Below the pieces are notes generated by a model that worked only from the letters and a program-made list of their open reading frames with translations, did not search any database and was not told the origin of the DNA. A DNA stretch of 64,000 nucleotides from Octopus sinensis (taxonomy: Eukaryota). Numbering within the stretch: the first letter of the stretch is position 1; each line of letters starts with the position of its first letter. Both the position numbers and the translations under genes were made by a program. Shown here piece after piece: positions 63,591 through 64,000 of the stretch. The stretch lies in NCBI RefSeq assembly GCF_006345805.1, contig NC_042997.1:205406001-205470000 (forward strand), read 5' to 3'.

Positions 63591-64000
63591 CTGCATGGAT
63601 GGAGCTGTTAGCGCTCCACTGGCACGGGTATATATATATATGGCAAATAAGAAAGTGGAGAGGATATACAATTGACAGACATCATTCTGTAAACATTCAA
63701 TTATATCTATTTATTGATTACAAATATGTGTAAGTGATGCAAGTAAACAAATGAAATAAGTCAATAAATATGTAAACGGATATGTATATAGAAATGAATG
63801 AATAATAATAGATGGGTGTACAAATACTAAACTCTTACAGCCGTTTCTATGATGAGGCTGCCAAATCTTCCAAGTTATCCTCATCATGTCAGTGATAAAC
63901 AGGGATGAACAAACATTGGACAGTGATTGGACAGTGGTTGAGCCCTAAGGCTTCTTCAGAGGGTCCAAATGTTAGGAAACTAACATGTAGGAAAAGAAGT

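Noticed and set aside
55214-64000. Next PARP14-like exon (expected to begin with an IFG(F/Y)P-like motif)
   Set aside because: No acceptor followed by such a frame was found; the exon is probably beyond the window.

Overview
Eukaryotic, AT-rich, repeat-saturated genomic DNA. The SINE and RTE/CR1 repeat families resemble those of octopus; this taxon call is inference and was not searched. There is one 100-N scaffold gap at 35400-35499. The only host gene I can support is a PARP14-like (RRM/KH/macrodomain) gene on the + strand, with two internal coding exons (47745-49166 and 54965-55213). Both have canonical splice sites and join in frame into a complete N-terminal part of a macrodomain; the remaining exons were not found. 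Almost everything else is transposon-derived: decayed LINEs (RTE/BovB-like, RTE-X-like, two CR1-group families, R4-like, Tx1-like, Penelope-like), tRNA-derived SINEs, Merlin, hAT and pogo-like DNA elements, foldback palindromes, Helitron pieces and long (TA)n-type microsatellites. Two large tandem arrays are present: about 7.9 kb of a 115-bp SINE-derived satellite (39629-47535) and about 4.7 kb of a degenerate 18-bp minisatellite (58100-62830). No rRNA, bona fide tRNA, CRISPR array or prokaryotic system is present. The most interesting observations are the CpG-erased SINE-derived satellite with higher-order repeats, inverted retrotransposon tails bracketing a frame-symmetric macrodomain exon, a PHD finger inside an RTE reverse-transcriptase ORF, a CCCH finger in a CR1-like ORF1, and the NKNGTS-coding 18-mer array. 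All functional interpretations are hypotheses.
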